Virus record (IMG/VR): IMGVR_UViG_3300001868_000027
Span: 1 to 24,935 of that record
Origin: a virus
Lineage: Duplodnaviria; Caudoviricetes
Strand: one strand, 5' to 3'
DNA: 24,935 nt
Positions within the stretch are counted from its first letter, which is position 1; every line of letters starts with the position of its first letter. A program made the translations under genes and the position numbers. Below are positions 17,448 to 24,935 of the stretch, one piece after another. The notes below the pieces were generated by a model, which did not search any database, was not told the origin of the DNA, and saw nothing but the letters and a program-made list of their open reading frames with translations.

Positions 17448-18165
17448 ATTTATTTACCCCTTCTTCTCTTTTATTTTTTTTCTCATTAATTCTTGCTCTA
17501 AAAGCCCTAAGTACTTCCTGATCATTTCTTAGTTTATTTATATCTAGCTCTTTGTCATTATCCAATAACTGTGACCTAACATTATCCAATGCCAGTTTTG
17601 CGTTATCCAACGCAGATTTGTCACGAGCATTAATATCAGTCAAATCGTAAGCCGGGTTATTTACCGCGCTTACTTCATAGACTTTAGCTATACTAATTAT
17701 TGTTCTTGTTGGGACTTCAGTATCCAATCCATCCCATTTATCTTCCTTGACTCTAAAACAGAAACTCATTCCACTAACATCTCCGCGATCAACAGCCGAA
17801 TACAAACCTTTTGCATCAGAATTGTTTTCTGTATCAATGTCAGCTCTAACAGATAGTCCAATATTATCTACAAGTAATTGCATGGTACTGTTACTGTTAT
17901 TCCTGCGGCTTCTCGCTAATGGAATTTCTTCACAATCGTGGTTAATAAAAAAAAGAACATCGTCAAAATTACATTGATCGAATGCCCCCCGCTGAATTAT
18001 TTCATTGTAATAGCCGCCAATACTAGTCATGGAATCAAATACAGCGGCATGCCCTTCTAGCCGGCCTTGTCCTTGATCTGGTATTTGCGTAGCCCTAAAA
18101 TCAGGAACATTAAAGCTGCGTGTAACCATCATCTCTTTATCAAATTCTTTATTTTTTTTACCCAT
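17440..18165 (-). CDS. HK97-family prohead protease
   Basis: LEGHAAVFD, EIIQRGAF, INHD...PLAR, RGDVSGMSFCF, EVSAVNNPAY motifs. Confidence 0.96.
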   Translation of the reverse strand: MGKKNKEFDKEMMVTRSFNVPDFRATQIPDQGQGRLEGHAAVFDSMTSIGGYYNEIIQRGAFDQCNFDDVLFFINHDCEEIPLARSRRNNSNSTMQLLVDNIGLSVRADIDTENNSDAKGLYSAVDRGDVSGMSFCFRVKEDKWDGLDTEVPTRTIISIAKVYEVSAVNNPAYDLTDINARDKSALDNAKLALDNVRSQLLDNDKELDINKLRNDQEVLRAFRARINEKKNKREEGVNKYE

Positions 18166-19437
18166 TTATTTATTACCTCCATTTGTGTTATCTACGGCCT
18201 TAATAGCCCCTGCCTGATTTAATTGATATGAGTCAATAATATTAGTGCTCACAAAATTCAACGACTGCAACCTGCGGTCGCCCTCAGCAAATGGCTCATC
18301 ACCAAACATATCGCAAACCTCATTCAATGTTTTCAAACCTGTATTAGTAGCCAGTGTCGCATATTCAATCTTAGCCGCCATAGATAGGTAAGCAACTTTA
18401 CTGTAGTAACATTTAACCCTATGCCCTACGTCTTGTTCACGTTGAGTAAATAAACAGGCTGACATGCCCTGCTCGAACTCTGTAATAAAATCCTCCAAGC
18501 AAGTCTGAAAAAACGCGCCATGCTGCTCGCCCGAATAATCACCTGACATTATGGCGTCTGATATTCCGTAACGCTCGCGAATAATATCTTTAACAAATTT
18601 CATTGTTTCTGATTTAATATCAGCAGGCTTCATGTGAATTGGGGTAAACTCCCCAGCAAGGTCCGTGGCAACGATACCCGCCTTGCTACTAAAGATATGT
18701 TCCTCGAATTTATCTCTAGCCGCTTTTAATATCTCCTGGTCAATTAAAGTTTTGACGCTATACATGCCAGTTATTTTAAGACTAGCTTCAATACTTTTAG
18801 GCAATCCCTGCAACACTTGATCAAGTATCTTGATCGAACTTAGCAGATTCTTGGTATCAGGTATGCCAAAATCATTACCGCCACCGACAATAGTATTTTT
18901 ACCTCTGCGCCATCTAAGATGTATCAAATCAGCATAAGGTAGTATGTCGCTACTGCCATCACGCCAATAAAACTTAACTTGCCATACATTACCGCTTTCA
19001 TCAGTGCCAATTTCTATACTAGTAGGATTAAGAGGGTAGAAGGCTGTATACTTTCGTATTGGCTGTCCTAATTTATCTGGCAAAATGTCATATTGAGGAT
19101 ATATGAAACAATTGCAGTCTTTGCGCCTGAGCCATTCACAGCAAGCGAGGAAATCTTTAGTTGTTTGTAGTGGATTTGGCTTAAACCTAAATAACCTTGA
19201 GATATCATCGTTTTGTTGACGAATACTACCGGGCTTTTGCACGACAGAAACAATGTCAATCTTGGATACCTCAGTAGCTATTCGATCGATGCAATTATTT
19301 ACGAAGTCAGAGCAATAAACATCCTCGCCAAACTGGGAGAATATTGCTCGGCCATCGTTTAAGATGCTGGCAATTGTTTTATTGACTTGGTTTTGTTTGT
19401 AATTTGTAAATACGTTTTTTAGATAGTTAAATATCAA
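18166..19437 (-). CDS. Portal protein, HK97 family
   Basis: Start reassigned to TTG 19437 (AGGAGGTGA RBS); CIDRIATEVSKI, KPNPLQT, YPLNP, DLIHLR, TLNEVCDMFG motifs; follows TerL. Confidence 0.95.
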   Translation of the reverse strand: MIFNYLKNVFTNYKQNQVNKTIASILNDGRAIFSQFGEDVYCSDFVNNCIDRIATEVSKIDIVSVVQKPGSIRQQNDDISRLFRFKPNPLQTTKDFLACCEWLRRKDCNCFIYPQYDILPDKLGQPIRKYTAFYPLNPTSIEIGTDESGNVWQVKFYWRDGSSDILPYADLIHLRWRRGKNTIVGGGNDFGIPDTKNLLSSIKILDQVLQGLPKSIEASLKITGMYSVKTLIDQEILKAARDKFEEHIFSSKAGIVATDLAGEFTPIHMKPADIKSETMKFVKDIIRERYGISDAIMSGDYSGEQHGAFFQTCLEDFITEFEQGMSACLFTQREQDVGHRVKCYYSKVAYLSMAAKIEYATLATNTGLKTLNEVCDMFGDEPFAEGDRRLQSLNFVSTNIIDSYQLNQAGAIKAVDNTNGGNK

Positions 19438-19448
19438 GTTATCACCTC

Positions 19449-21194
19449 CTAACACATGGCCATATATTCTGACTTAAACCTGCTATAAGTAGCAAATGCA
19501 ATCATGAAGCCTAAAGCACCATCAATACGGTTTTTTGATTGCCCCATTTTTTTAACTGGCATAATGCGTCCAATATTATCCATGCGGATAGATACATTCC
19601 GTAAATTCCAGCGGTCTATTTCATGGTTGTTATAGTTCATGGTTTTATTTTTCAGTGCCGATTCTAGTAACCTCATAGGATTTGATAGGCTATTAAAATC
19701 CATATTAATGCGTTCTAAAATACCATCGCCAAAATGATCTACGAATGAATTTTTAAAACCGGTAGCGTGCCAGTTATCAAAACCAACTTTATAAGGCCGC
19801 ATTTTATAATTTTCATATAAACCATAGAACCATTTCACAACTATCAATGGATCAACCTCATCCCCTGGGCAAATCGTGACTAGTCCTCGCCTCGCCCACT
19901 CGCGGTAATCCTTTTTCTCAGGATTTGTTTTATTATCATCTTCCAGCATGGCGTCTGCTTTTGTCGCAGGGATGAAATACATCGTTAACGAATAAACTTT
20001 TCCATCATCAGGGCAATAAAAGAAAGCCTTGGCATTACAAAGATCAGTTGTCTCTGCAAAATCCAAGGACCCTATATAATACTTACTGTGAAATTTCTCA
20101 GGATCGAACGTTTCTATGTTAATTATGTCGGCATCCTGTAACCAAGCGGCCGCGCTATTCTGCTTGATATTAAAATCTTTTCCAAGGACAAATGCCCTGG
20201 TACTGGTGCTATTCTTAGCTTCCTCCAGCATCTCGCGCAAGAAACTAATTTTTTTTATTGTTTTTAGTCCAGGGTTCGACTTAGACCATGATTCTTCGTT
20301 CTGCCAAATCTCTTCTTCAGAATCATGTGTATAAAGCCATATTAACCATCTAGGACGGTTTAATTCGCCCTTCAATACTTTCCTTGCATCCGCTAACCTA
20401 TGGTCAAGATAGCCATCGTCGGTAAAACCCTCAGTGGTAAGCTCAAAGTAAAGCGGTTCATGCTGAGTTGACAATGCTTGTCTTATTGGCATGATCAAAG
20501 TATCATCTTGCATTTCAAAAACTTCATCTACAGCGCCTACAGCAATATTACGACCTTCCTTTGCACCTGTCTTGGCTGACAGCTTACGAATATTTCCTTT
20601 ATTTTGATAACTGAATTTACCTTTTTTACTTTTCTGCTTCGGATTGCCAAAATACATACCGCGAATATTTTTTCTAGTGCATTTTTCAAGGGTTCGGCTT
20701 TCTTCTCTCATTGCATTAATCGCTTGGAACATCAGATCGGCTTGATCGTATGAATTACTTGCACAAAGTATCTTGCAGCCTGCCTGACCGCAAAACCATT
20801 CAGCCAAACAAATCGCACCGATCAAAGGAGTCTTACCATTTTTTCTGCCAACTAAAAAAATGATCTCCTTGTACTTACGAACGTACCTTAGAAGATCATT
20901 ATCGTATATTTTAATCGCAAATATACATTCGATAAACGCTTTCTGAAATAATTCAAGCAGAAAGGGCTTTCCAGCATAAGGTGCTTCAAAGTGCTTACAT
21001 TGGGTTTCGATAAACTTAATACGTTTTTCAGAATCGGCAAATTCCATAACGACATTTTCATTAAACATATCTTCTAAAATTATATTTAATTGAGCCATCA
21101 TTTCTTGGCCGACTATAATCTGTCCCCATTTGCATTTCTCGTAATATAAAAGGAAATGCGATTGAGGATATTTGGTTTTTAGTTCAGAAAACAT
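19449..21194 (-). CDS. terL: Terminase large subunit (HK97-like)
   Basis: LELFQK adenine-binding motif, Walker A GRKNGKT, Walker B AVGAVDE, coupling motif TTEG, nuclease motifs GSLDFAETTDL and RIDG. Confidence 0.97.
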   Translation of the reverse strand: MFSELKTKYPQSHFLLYYEKCKWGQIIVGQEMMAQLNIILEDMFNENVVMEFADSEKRIKFIETQCKHFEAPYAGKPFLLELFQKAFIECIFAIKIYDNDLLRYVRKYKEIIFLVGRKNGKTPLIGAICLAEWFCGQAGCKILCASNSYDQADLMFQAINAMREESRTLEKCTRKNIRGMYFGNPKQKSKKGKFSYQNKGNIRKLSAKTGAKEGRNIAVGAVDEVFEMQDDTLIMPIRQALSTQHEPLYFELTTEGFTDDGYLDHRLADARKVLKGELNRPRWLIWLYTHDSEEEIWQNEESWSKSNPGLKTIKKISFLREMLEEAKNSTSTRAFVLGKDFNIKQNSAAAWLQDADIINIETFDPEKFHSKYYIGSLDFAETTDLCNAKAFFYCPDDGKVYSLTMYFIPATKADAMLEDDNKTNPEKKDYREWARRGLVTICPGDEVDPLIVVKWFYGLYENYKMRPYKVGFDNWHATGFKNSFVDHFGDGILERINMDFNSLSNPMRLLESALKNKTMNYNNHEIDRWNLRNVSIRMDNIGRIMPVKKMGQSKNRIDGALGFMIAFATYSRFKSEYMAMC

Positions 21195-21218
21195 AAAATA
21201 GCCACCAATCCAGATAAG

Positions 21219-21443
21219 TTAAAATGAGTTTCTTTCATAGTCCAATAATACCTTGCAAGCCTCAATTCTAGCCGTTGCCGTTGTAACTTTGTTTTGTGCT
21301 ATCTCAGACAATGCAGAAATTGCTATATTCCTGCCACTTTTACTACTAGTGCTGAATATCATTCCTTGCAACTCCCTAGCTTTATTAATCGCAATATCAA
21401 TATCTAACATATCAACCTTAACTTTAATATCAGGAAATTTCAT
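21219..21443 (-). CDS. Hypothetical protein, ~74 aa
   Basis: Likely start MKFPDIKV (ATG 21443, AAGGATGGTG upstream); overlaps the upstream ORF; helical C-terminus ARIEACKVLLDY. Confidence 0.7.
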   Translation of the reverse strand: MKFPDIKVKVDMLDIDIAINKARELQGMIFSTSSKSGRNIAISALSEIAQNKVTTATARIEACKVLLDYERNSF

Positions 21444-21840
21444 GTTTAGCACCATCCTTTAAACATTTTATAGGGAATTGTTCAGGATAATCTCTTTGCA
21501 CTATTCGGCAGATAATAGCGTCTTGGCATTTATGTATGCCATTAACAAAATCAGATAGGCTACTAGGGTGAGTCTGTCCAAGTTTTGCAAATAGATTAAA
21601 AGCATCTATAAGGTGATTCATTATTTCTTCTTCTGTACCTCGATATGGACTTATGTGAACTGTCCTTATTGATTGCTTTAAATCATTATAAGTCGGAACG
21701 TCATTTGAGCAATAATATTTAAATTCCATTATTGGAACAACGGGGTTTTCACATACAGGACAACATATACCATCTTTATTGATCCCATGAAATATTGTAT
21801 CGCATTTTTCATTTAAGCATTTGTAGACTATGTCTTTCAT
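21430..21840 (-). CDS. Hypothetical protein with N-terminal Zn-ribbon-like motif, ~136 aa
   Basis: Likely start MKDIVYKC (ATG 21840; ATG 21867 is an alternative); CLNEKC...CCPVC cysteine pattern. Confidence 0.75.
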   Translation of the reverse strand: MKDIVYKCLNEKCDTIFHGINKDGICCPVCENPVVPIMEFKYYCSNDVPTYNDLKQSIRTVHISPYRGTEEEIMNHLIDAFNLFAKLGQTHPSSLSDFVNGIHKCQDAIICRIVQRDYPEQFPIKCLKDGAKHEIS

Positions 21841-21859
21841 CTTTTCCACCACCCATCCT

Positions 21860-22180
21860 TTACTCATATTCGCCCAACTCATCATCTTCCTCATCCACAT
21901 TCTTACCCAGCAATGCCGACAGGCGGGAAATATACGATAAATAATTTGCCCGGACCTTAGTGATCATTTTTGATACTGGTAATTCTTTTTGCAACATAGG
22001 ATTATCTGGGTGGGTTTTTACCAAACCGGTCACTTTCACAATCTCATTAAGCCGATCAAGTTCAACACGCAATCGAGCAACTTCTAAAATACTGCCGTCA
22101 ACAAGCGCGATCTGCTTTTCGTCTACACCATCGAATAATGCCTTGATTCTCTCGTACTCTTGTTGGACCTTCAACAACAT
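21860..22180 (-). CDS. terS: Probable terminase small subunit (P27-like, cos type), ~106 aa
   Basis: Short helical ORF directly downstream of the putative cos; LNEIVKVTGLVKTHPDNP...QKELPV pattern and acidic tail EEDDELGEYE; upstream of terL. Confidence 0.7.
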   Translation of the reverse strand: MLLKVQQEYERIKALFDGVDEKQIALVDGSILEVARLRVELDRLNEIVKVTGLVKTHPDNPMLQKELPVSKMITKVRANYLSYISRLSALLGKNVDEEDDELGEYE

Positions 22181-22189
22181 CACCGACCT

Positions 22190-22305
22190 TCAAATATTTT
22201 CAAAAACTTTTTAGGAAAAAGTCAAATTTTCGGTTTATGTGTAAATATTGGCCAGCACCGGTCTTGGGGATTTTTTTTAAAAATACTTTTAGAGGGGGGG
22301 ATATT
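22190..22305. other. Putative cos (cohesive end/packaging) region
   Basis: Intergenic gap between HNH and terS. Minus strand has a C7 run (22294-22300), A/T tracts, then a GC-rich core ACCGGTGCTGGC (22251-22262), the layout typical of 3'-cos HK97-like phages of Bacillota. Exact cut site not determinable. Confidence 0.65.
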
Positions 22306-22327
22306 CCTCGCGTGCCATATTTAAATA

Positions 22328-22993
22328 TCATTTAACAAATTCGCTCCACCATTTATCAATATATTTATACCACTCTTTAGACTTCCCACTATCAACAACC
22401 CTTTGATAGCATTCTTCCTTAGTCGATTCAACATATATAAGTTCAGCACCTAAATCCCTGACAATTCTCTCACGTTCTTGCTTGTTAGGATAACCGCCTA
22501 TAATATAGCAATCATACCAATCACCATAACGCGTCTTAATCATGTCAATAATTTTATCTCTGATCGCAAACACATTAAATCTAAGGTTGTTTGGCTTATC
22601 ATAAAGCGGTTGATTGCTTATACATTCATAGAGCTTATCAATATCAAGCACCATATCGCCGTAATTAGACAACTGATTTACTAACGTATTTTTGCCACTC
22701 AAAGGACTACCATAAATAATATAGACATTATGCTGATTATTTCCAAACCGGCGATGATCGTTATTATGACAATCAAAACAGATCAGCTCAATATTATCCT
22801 TATTAAGAGTTATATTTAAATCATTAATATTAATAGGAGTTAAGGTTATTTTGTGATGGCCAATCAACTTGGATGTATCAATCATCACTTTGCCACATCG
22901 CTGGCACTTAGGACCGCGCTCAATGATAAGGTTAAACCTTAGATTGGTCCATGCTTTAGATGTGTATAGTTGTTTAGAAAATCTCTGTGCCAT
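22328..22993 (-). CDS. HNH endonuclease (HK97 gp74-like terminase cofactor) fused to a P-loop NTPase/kinase-like domain
   Basis: YTSKAW, CQRC, GHHK, NIELICFDCHNNDH in the first ~85 aa; then VYIIYGSPLSGKNT and VLDID. Confidence 0.9.
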   Translation of the reverse strand: MAQRFSKQLYTSKAWTNLRFNLIIERGPKCQRCGKVMIDTSKLIGHHKITLTPININDLNITLNKDNIELICFDCHNNDHRRFGNNQHNVYIIYGSPLSGKNTLVNQLSNYGDMVLDIDKLYECISNQPLYDKPNNLRFNVFAIRDKIIDMIKTRYGDWYDCYIIGGYPNKQERERIVRDLGAELIYVESTKEECYQRVVDSGKSKEWYKYIDKWWSEFVK

Positions 22994-22994
22994 A

Positions 22995-23786
22995 CTACCA
23001 ATCCTTTAAATCTAATTCTTTCTTTCGCAATGCCAACACTGCATTATCATAATTCATTCGGTGCTGGCTCATAGGGTTCATGTTGAAGTAATCCGACAAC
23101 CAAGCCAATGCTTTCAGACTATCCTCTAGCTTCACCTTCATGCCCTGCCTTCCCATGCTGATCTCACATATAAGCCCACCATCAACCTGGTCACTATTTT
23201 TAAAATTAAGGTAGCTACGTTTATACATTTTTATATTGCCATTTTTATCAATTTGCATCTTACCTGATTCGTCAATATCTGGTACTAGCTCAGTACCCCA
23301 TTGTGCTATATCTGTCATATCCGCAAAAGCGATTTGCATATAGCGTTCTACGATATCGTCAGGATCTAACATAATAGATTGGCGTTTTAGCTCTCTCAAC
23401 CTATCATACTCTTTTCTAACTGGAGGTAACTGGAGTAGTTGATATCCAATTTCTGCGGCTCTTTGGGAGTTAGAAACTTCATACCCTGCTTTTATGACAG
23501 ACATCGATGCATTTTTATTCTTTACATAGAATAGGCAAAAAAGTTTTTGTTTTTCTGTTAGTTCCTCCTTCTCTTTTAAAATAATAGCAGGTACATTCTG
23601 CACCTGCTTGCACCCTTTATTTGTGTGCACCCTTTTTGGTGCAGTTTTTTTTATTTCTCTTTTCCATTCATGACGTTTTTTCCACGATTTAACCGTGTTG
23701 ATAGTGACACCATATTTCCCAGCGATATCTTTATATTTCATGCCAAGCATATAATCACGCTCAGCTTGTTTATGTATTTCTGCCAT
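22995..23786 (-). CDS. Terminase small subunit-like protein (XtmA/YqaS-like N-terminal HTH plus SPP1 G1P-like domain), 263 aa
   Basis: [34 protein letters not shown]; [12 protein letters not shown]...[11 protein letters not shown]; IAFADMTD; [11 protein letters not shown]; GGAGGTGGTG/GAGGT RBS. Confidence 0.85.
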   Translation of the reverse strand: MAEIHKQAERDYMLGMKYKDIAGKYGVTINTVKSWKKRHEWKREIKKTAPKRVHTNKGCKQVQNVPAIILKEKEELTEKQKLFCLFYVKNKNASMSVIKAGYEVSNSQRAAEIGYQLLQLPPVRKEYDRLRELKRQSIMLDPDDIVERYMQIAFADMTDIAQWGTELVPDIDESGKMQIDKNGNIKMYKRSYLNFKNSDQVDGGLICEISMGRQGMKVKLEDSLKALAWLSDYFNMNPMSQHRMNYDNAVLALRKKELDLKDW

Positions 23787-23861
23787 TACCTCATATCACC
23801 ACCTCCAACATTATTTCAAAATCAATTACCAATATATTACCACCCCCAGTTTCTTTTTCTA

Positions 23862-24032
23862 TTACTGCTTTTTGTTGCGCAAGCAATCTCCAACATAATT
23901 ACAATTGGTAAATATATTACAGTCTACTTTAATTTCAAATCGCGTTTTAAGCTTTAAGTAAAATTCATATGCTGCACGTTCATCCATTTTATCTATATCG
24001 ATATTCACAGCCTCTGTTGTATTAACTACCAT
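23862..24032 (-). CDS. Small hypothetical protein, 56 aa (below the ORF-track cutoff)
   Basis: GGGGGTGA RBS then ATG 24032; MVVNTTEAVNIDIDKMDERAAYEFYLKLKTRFEIKVDCNIFTNCNYVGDCLRNKKQ; TAA 23862-23864. Confidence 0.6.
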   Translation of the reverse strand: MVVNTTEAVNIDIDKMDERAAYEFYLKLKTRFEIKVDCNIFTNCNYVGDCLRNKKQ

Positions 24033-24066
24033 ACTCTCACCCCCAATTAATTAATTCCAAAGCAAG

Positions 24067-24189
24067 CGTTCATTAAAGTACACTTTGATAAGCGATGATA
24101 TTTTTTAATCTTTATTGATCTCATGGCGTTTATAAATGTATCATTGATTTTATTAAACGTTTATAATTTATTGTTGACTTTTATAGACA
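24067..24189. other. Putative res site with three resolvase-binding subsites
   Basis: Site I 24067-24094 (28 bp, CGTTCATTAAAGT-AC-ACTTTGATAAGCG); site II 24127-24159 (CGTTTATAAA...TTTATTAAACG); site III 24158-24189 (CGTTTATAA...TTATAGACA). Immediately upstream of a serine resolvase. Confidence 0.75.
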
Positions 24190-24203
24190 TAATGTTATAT
24201 CAT
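24174..24203 (+). promoter_or_regulatory. Putative sigma-A promoter of the resolvase gene
   Basis: -35 TTGACT (24174-24179), 18 bp spacer, -10 TATCAT (24198-24203); GGAGG RBS before ATG 24237; overlaps subsite III. Confidence 0.55.
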
Positions 24204-24236
24204 TGGTAATATATTCTTTAATCGGAGGTTTTAAAA

Positions 24237-24794
24237 ATGAATATAGCTTATATACGTGTATCAAGTAAAGATCAGAATGTTGCTAGACAACTAGAAGCCA
24301 TGAAAGATCAGAATATTGATAGGTATTATGAAGAGAAGATAAGCGGCAAGGACACCAACAGAGATCAATTAAAAGCTATGCTAGATTTCGCAAGAGATGG
24401 CGACACAATCTATGTCGAAAGTTTTAGTCGCTTGGCTCGTAACATGCTTGATTTATTAGCAATCGTAGATCAATTAGCTAAGAAAAATGTTGGCTTTGTT
24501 AGCTTAAAAGAAAAGATCGACGCAACAACCTCAACTGGCAGATTGCAACTCAATCTCTTTGGCGCCATTTATCAGTTCGAAAGAGAATGCAGCAAGGAAC
24601 GTCAGCGTGAAGGCATTGATATTGCATTAGCAGAAGGCAGGCCCTATGGCAGACCTAAGGTCGAAATTAACGAAAAATTTATGGTAGCCTATAAAAGATG
24701 GAAACTCAAAGAAATTACTGCCGTAGCAGCCATGAACATGGCTGGTTATACTAAGAGTACTTGGTATAATCTCGTAAAAGAAATTGAATCTTAG
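24237..24794 (+). CDS. Small serine recombinase (resolvase/invertase family), 185 aa
   Basis: AYIRVSSKDQNVARQ with catalytic Ser9, EEKISGK, RDGDT, SRLAR, FERE...ERQREGI, GRP linker and C-terminal HTH (TKSTWY). Confidence 0.96.
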   Translation: MNIAYIRVSSKDQNVARQLEAMKDQNIDRYYEEKISGKDTNRDQLKAMLDFARDGDTIYVESFSRLARNMLDLLAIVDQLAKKNVGFVSLKEKIDATTSTGRLQLNLFGAIYQFERECSKERQREGIDIALAEGRPYGRPKVEINEKFMVAYKRWKLKEITAVAAMNMAGYTKSTWYNLVKEIES

Positions 24795-24802
24795 ATACCT
24801 AA

Positions 24803-24836
24803 AGGCCAGCATCATTGGATAATGTGAAGCTGGTCT
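24803..24836. terminator. Possible terminator hairpin downstream of the resolvase
   Basis: AGGCCAGC/GCTGGTCT arms with inner CATT/AATG pairing, 8 bp after the stop; no clear U tract on the plus strand. Confidence 0.4.
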
Positions 24837-24875
24837 GAGAGTGCGGAAAATTTTGTGTAACTAGGTTTGAAAGAT

Positions 24876-24935
24876 CTTCCTTTATGGCAAGAATAGTAAT
24901 AATACTATTAAAGTCAGAAAGGAAGTTTTTTTATG
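24876..24935 (+). promoter_or_regulatory. Long imperfect inverted repeat covering an SD-like sequence, followed by T7 and an ATG at the window edge
   Basis: CTTCCTTT (24876-24883) pairs with AAAGGAAG (24918-24925); inner AATAGTA/TACTATT; T7 at 24926-24932; ATG at 24933-24935. Confidence 0.5.

Larger units (their letters stand above)
1..24032 (-). mobile_element. Phage/prophage late gene cluster (packaging, HK97-type head, neck, contractile tail, baseplate, fibres); extends beyond the left edge
   Basis: About 30 co-oriented, tightly packed or overlapping minus-strand ORFs in canonical terminase-portal-protease-capsid-neck-sheath-tube-chaperone-TMP-baseplate-fibre order. No integrase or att site is in the window, so integrated versus extrachromosomal state is unknown. 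Confidence 0.97.

Noticed and set aside
385-23957. Numerous plus-strand and alternate-frame ORFs in the track (e.g. 385-612, 4529-4786, 6641-7003, 8087-8482, 10389-10751, 17191-17532, 23625-23957)
   Set aside because: They overlap well-supported minus-strand phage genes, show no recognisable motifs and look like antisense shadows.
24627-24815. 62-aa minus-strand ORF overlapping the resolvase 3' end
   Set aside because: Antisense to a well-supported gene, with no recognisable features.
24800-24870. TPP riboswitch suggested by a hairpin followed by CTGAGA
   Set aside because: The remaining conserved TPP elements are absent and the context is unrelated to thiamine.
1-24935. CRISPR arrays, tRNA/rRNA genes, introns or inteins (e.g. 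in terL)
   Set aside because: No regularly spaced repeats or RNA gene signatures seen; intergenic gaps are short; TerL, portal and capsid have normal lengths and uninterrupted motifs.

Overview
Nearly the whole window (1-~24030, minus strand) is one continuous late (virion) gene cluster of a contractile-tailed (myovirus-type) phage or prophage. Strong GGAGG/GGGGGTG ribosome-binding sites and PBSX/diffocin-like tail genes point to a Bacillota host (inference). In transcription order (right to left): small ORF, HTH-containing TerS-like protein, HNH nuclease fused to a P-loop domain, probable cos region, P27-like TerS, two hypotheticals, TerL, HK97-type portal, prohead protease, major capsid, neck proteins, sheath, tube, tail assembly chaperone with a clear -1 frameshift site, tape measure, XkdP-U-like baseplate, and three fibre/receptor-binding candidates (the last runs off the left edge). 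At the right end a divergent small serine resolvase is preceded by a three-subsite res-like site. The most notable items are: the res/resolvase cassette at the head of the late operon, two different TerS-like genes around an HNH-P-loop fusion and cos, a tandem-domain putative receptor-binding protein whose second copy carries polyglycine insertions in a GATC-free segment, and an extra domain inserted in the sheath. All family assignments come from motif recognition and synteny; no database searches were run, so novelty is unverified.
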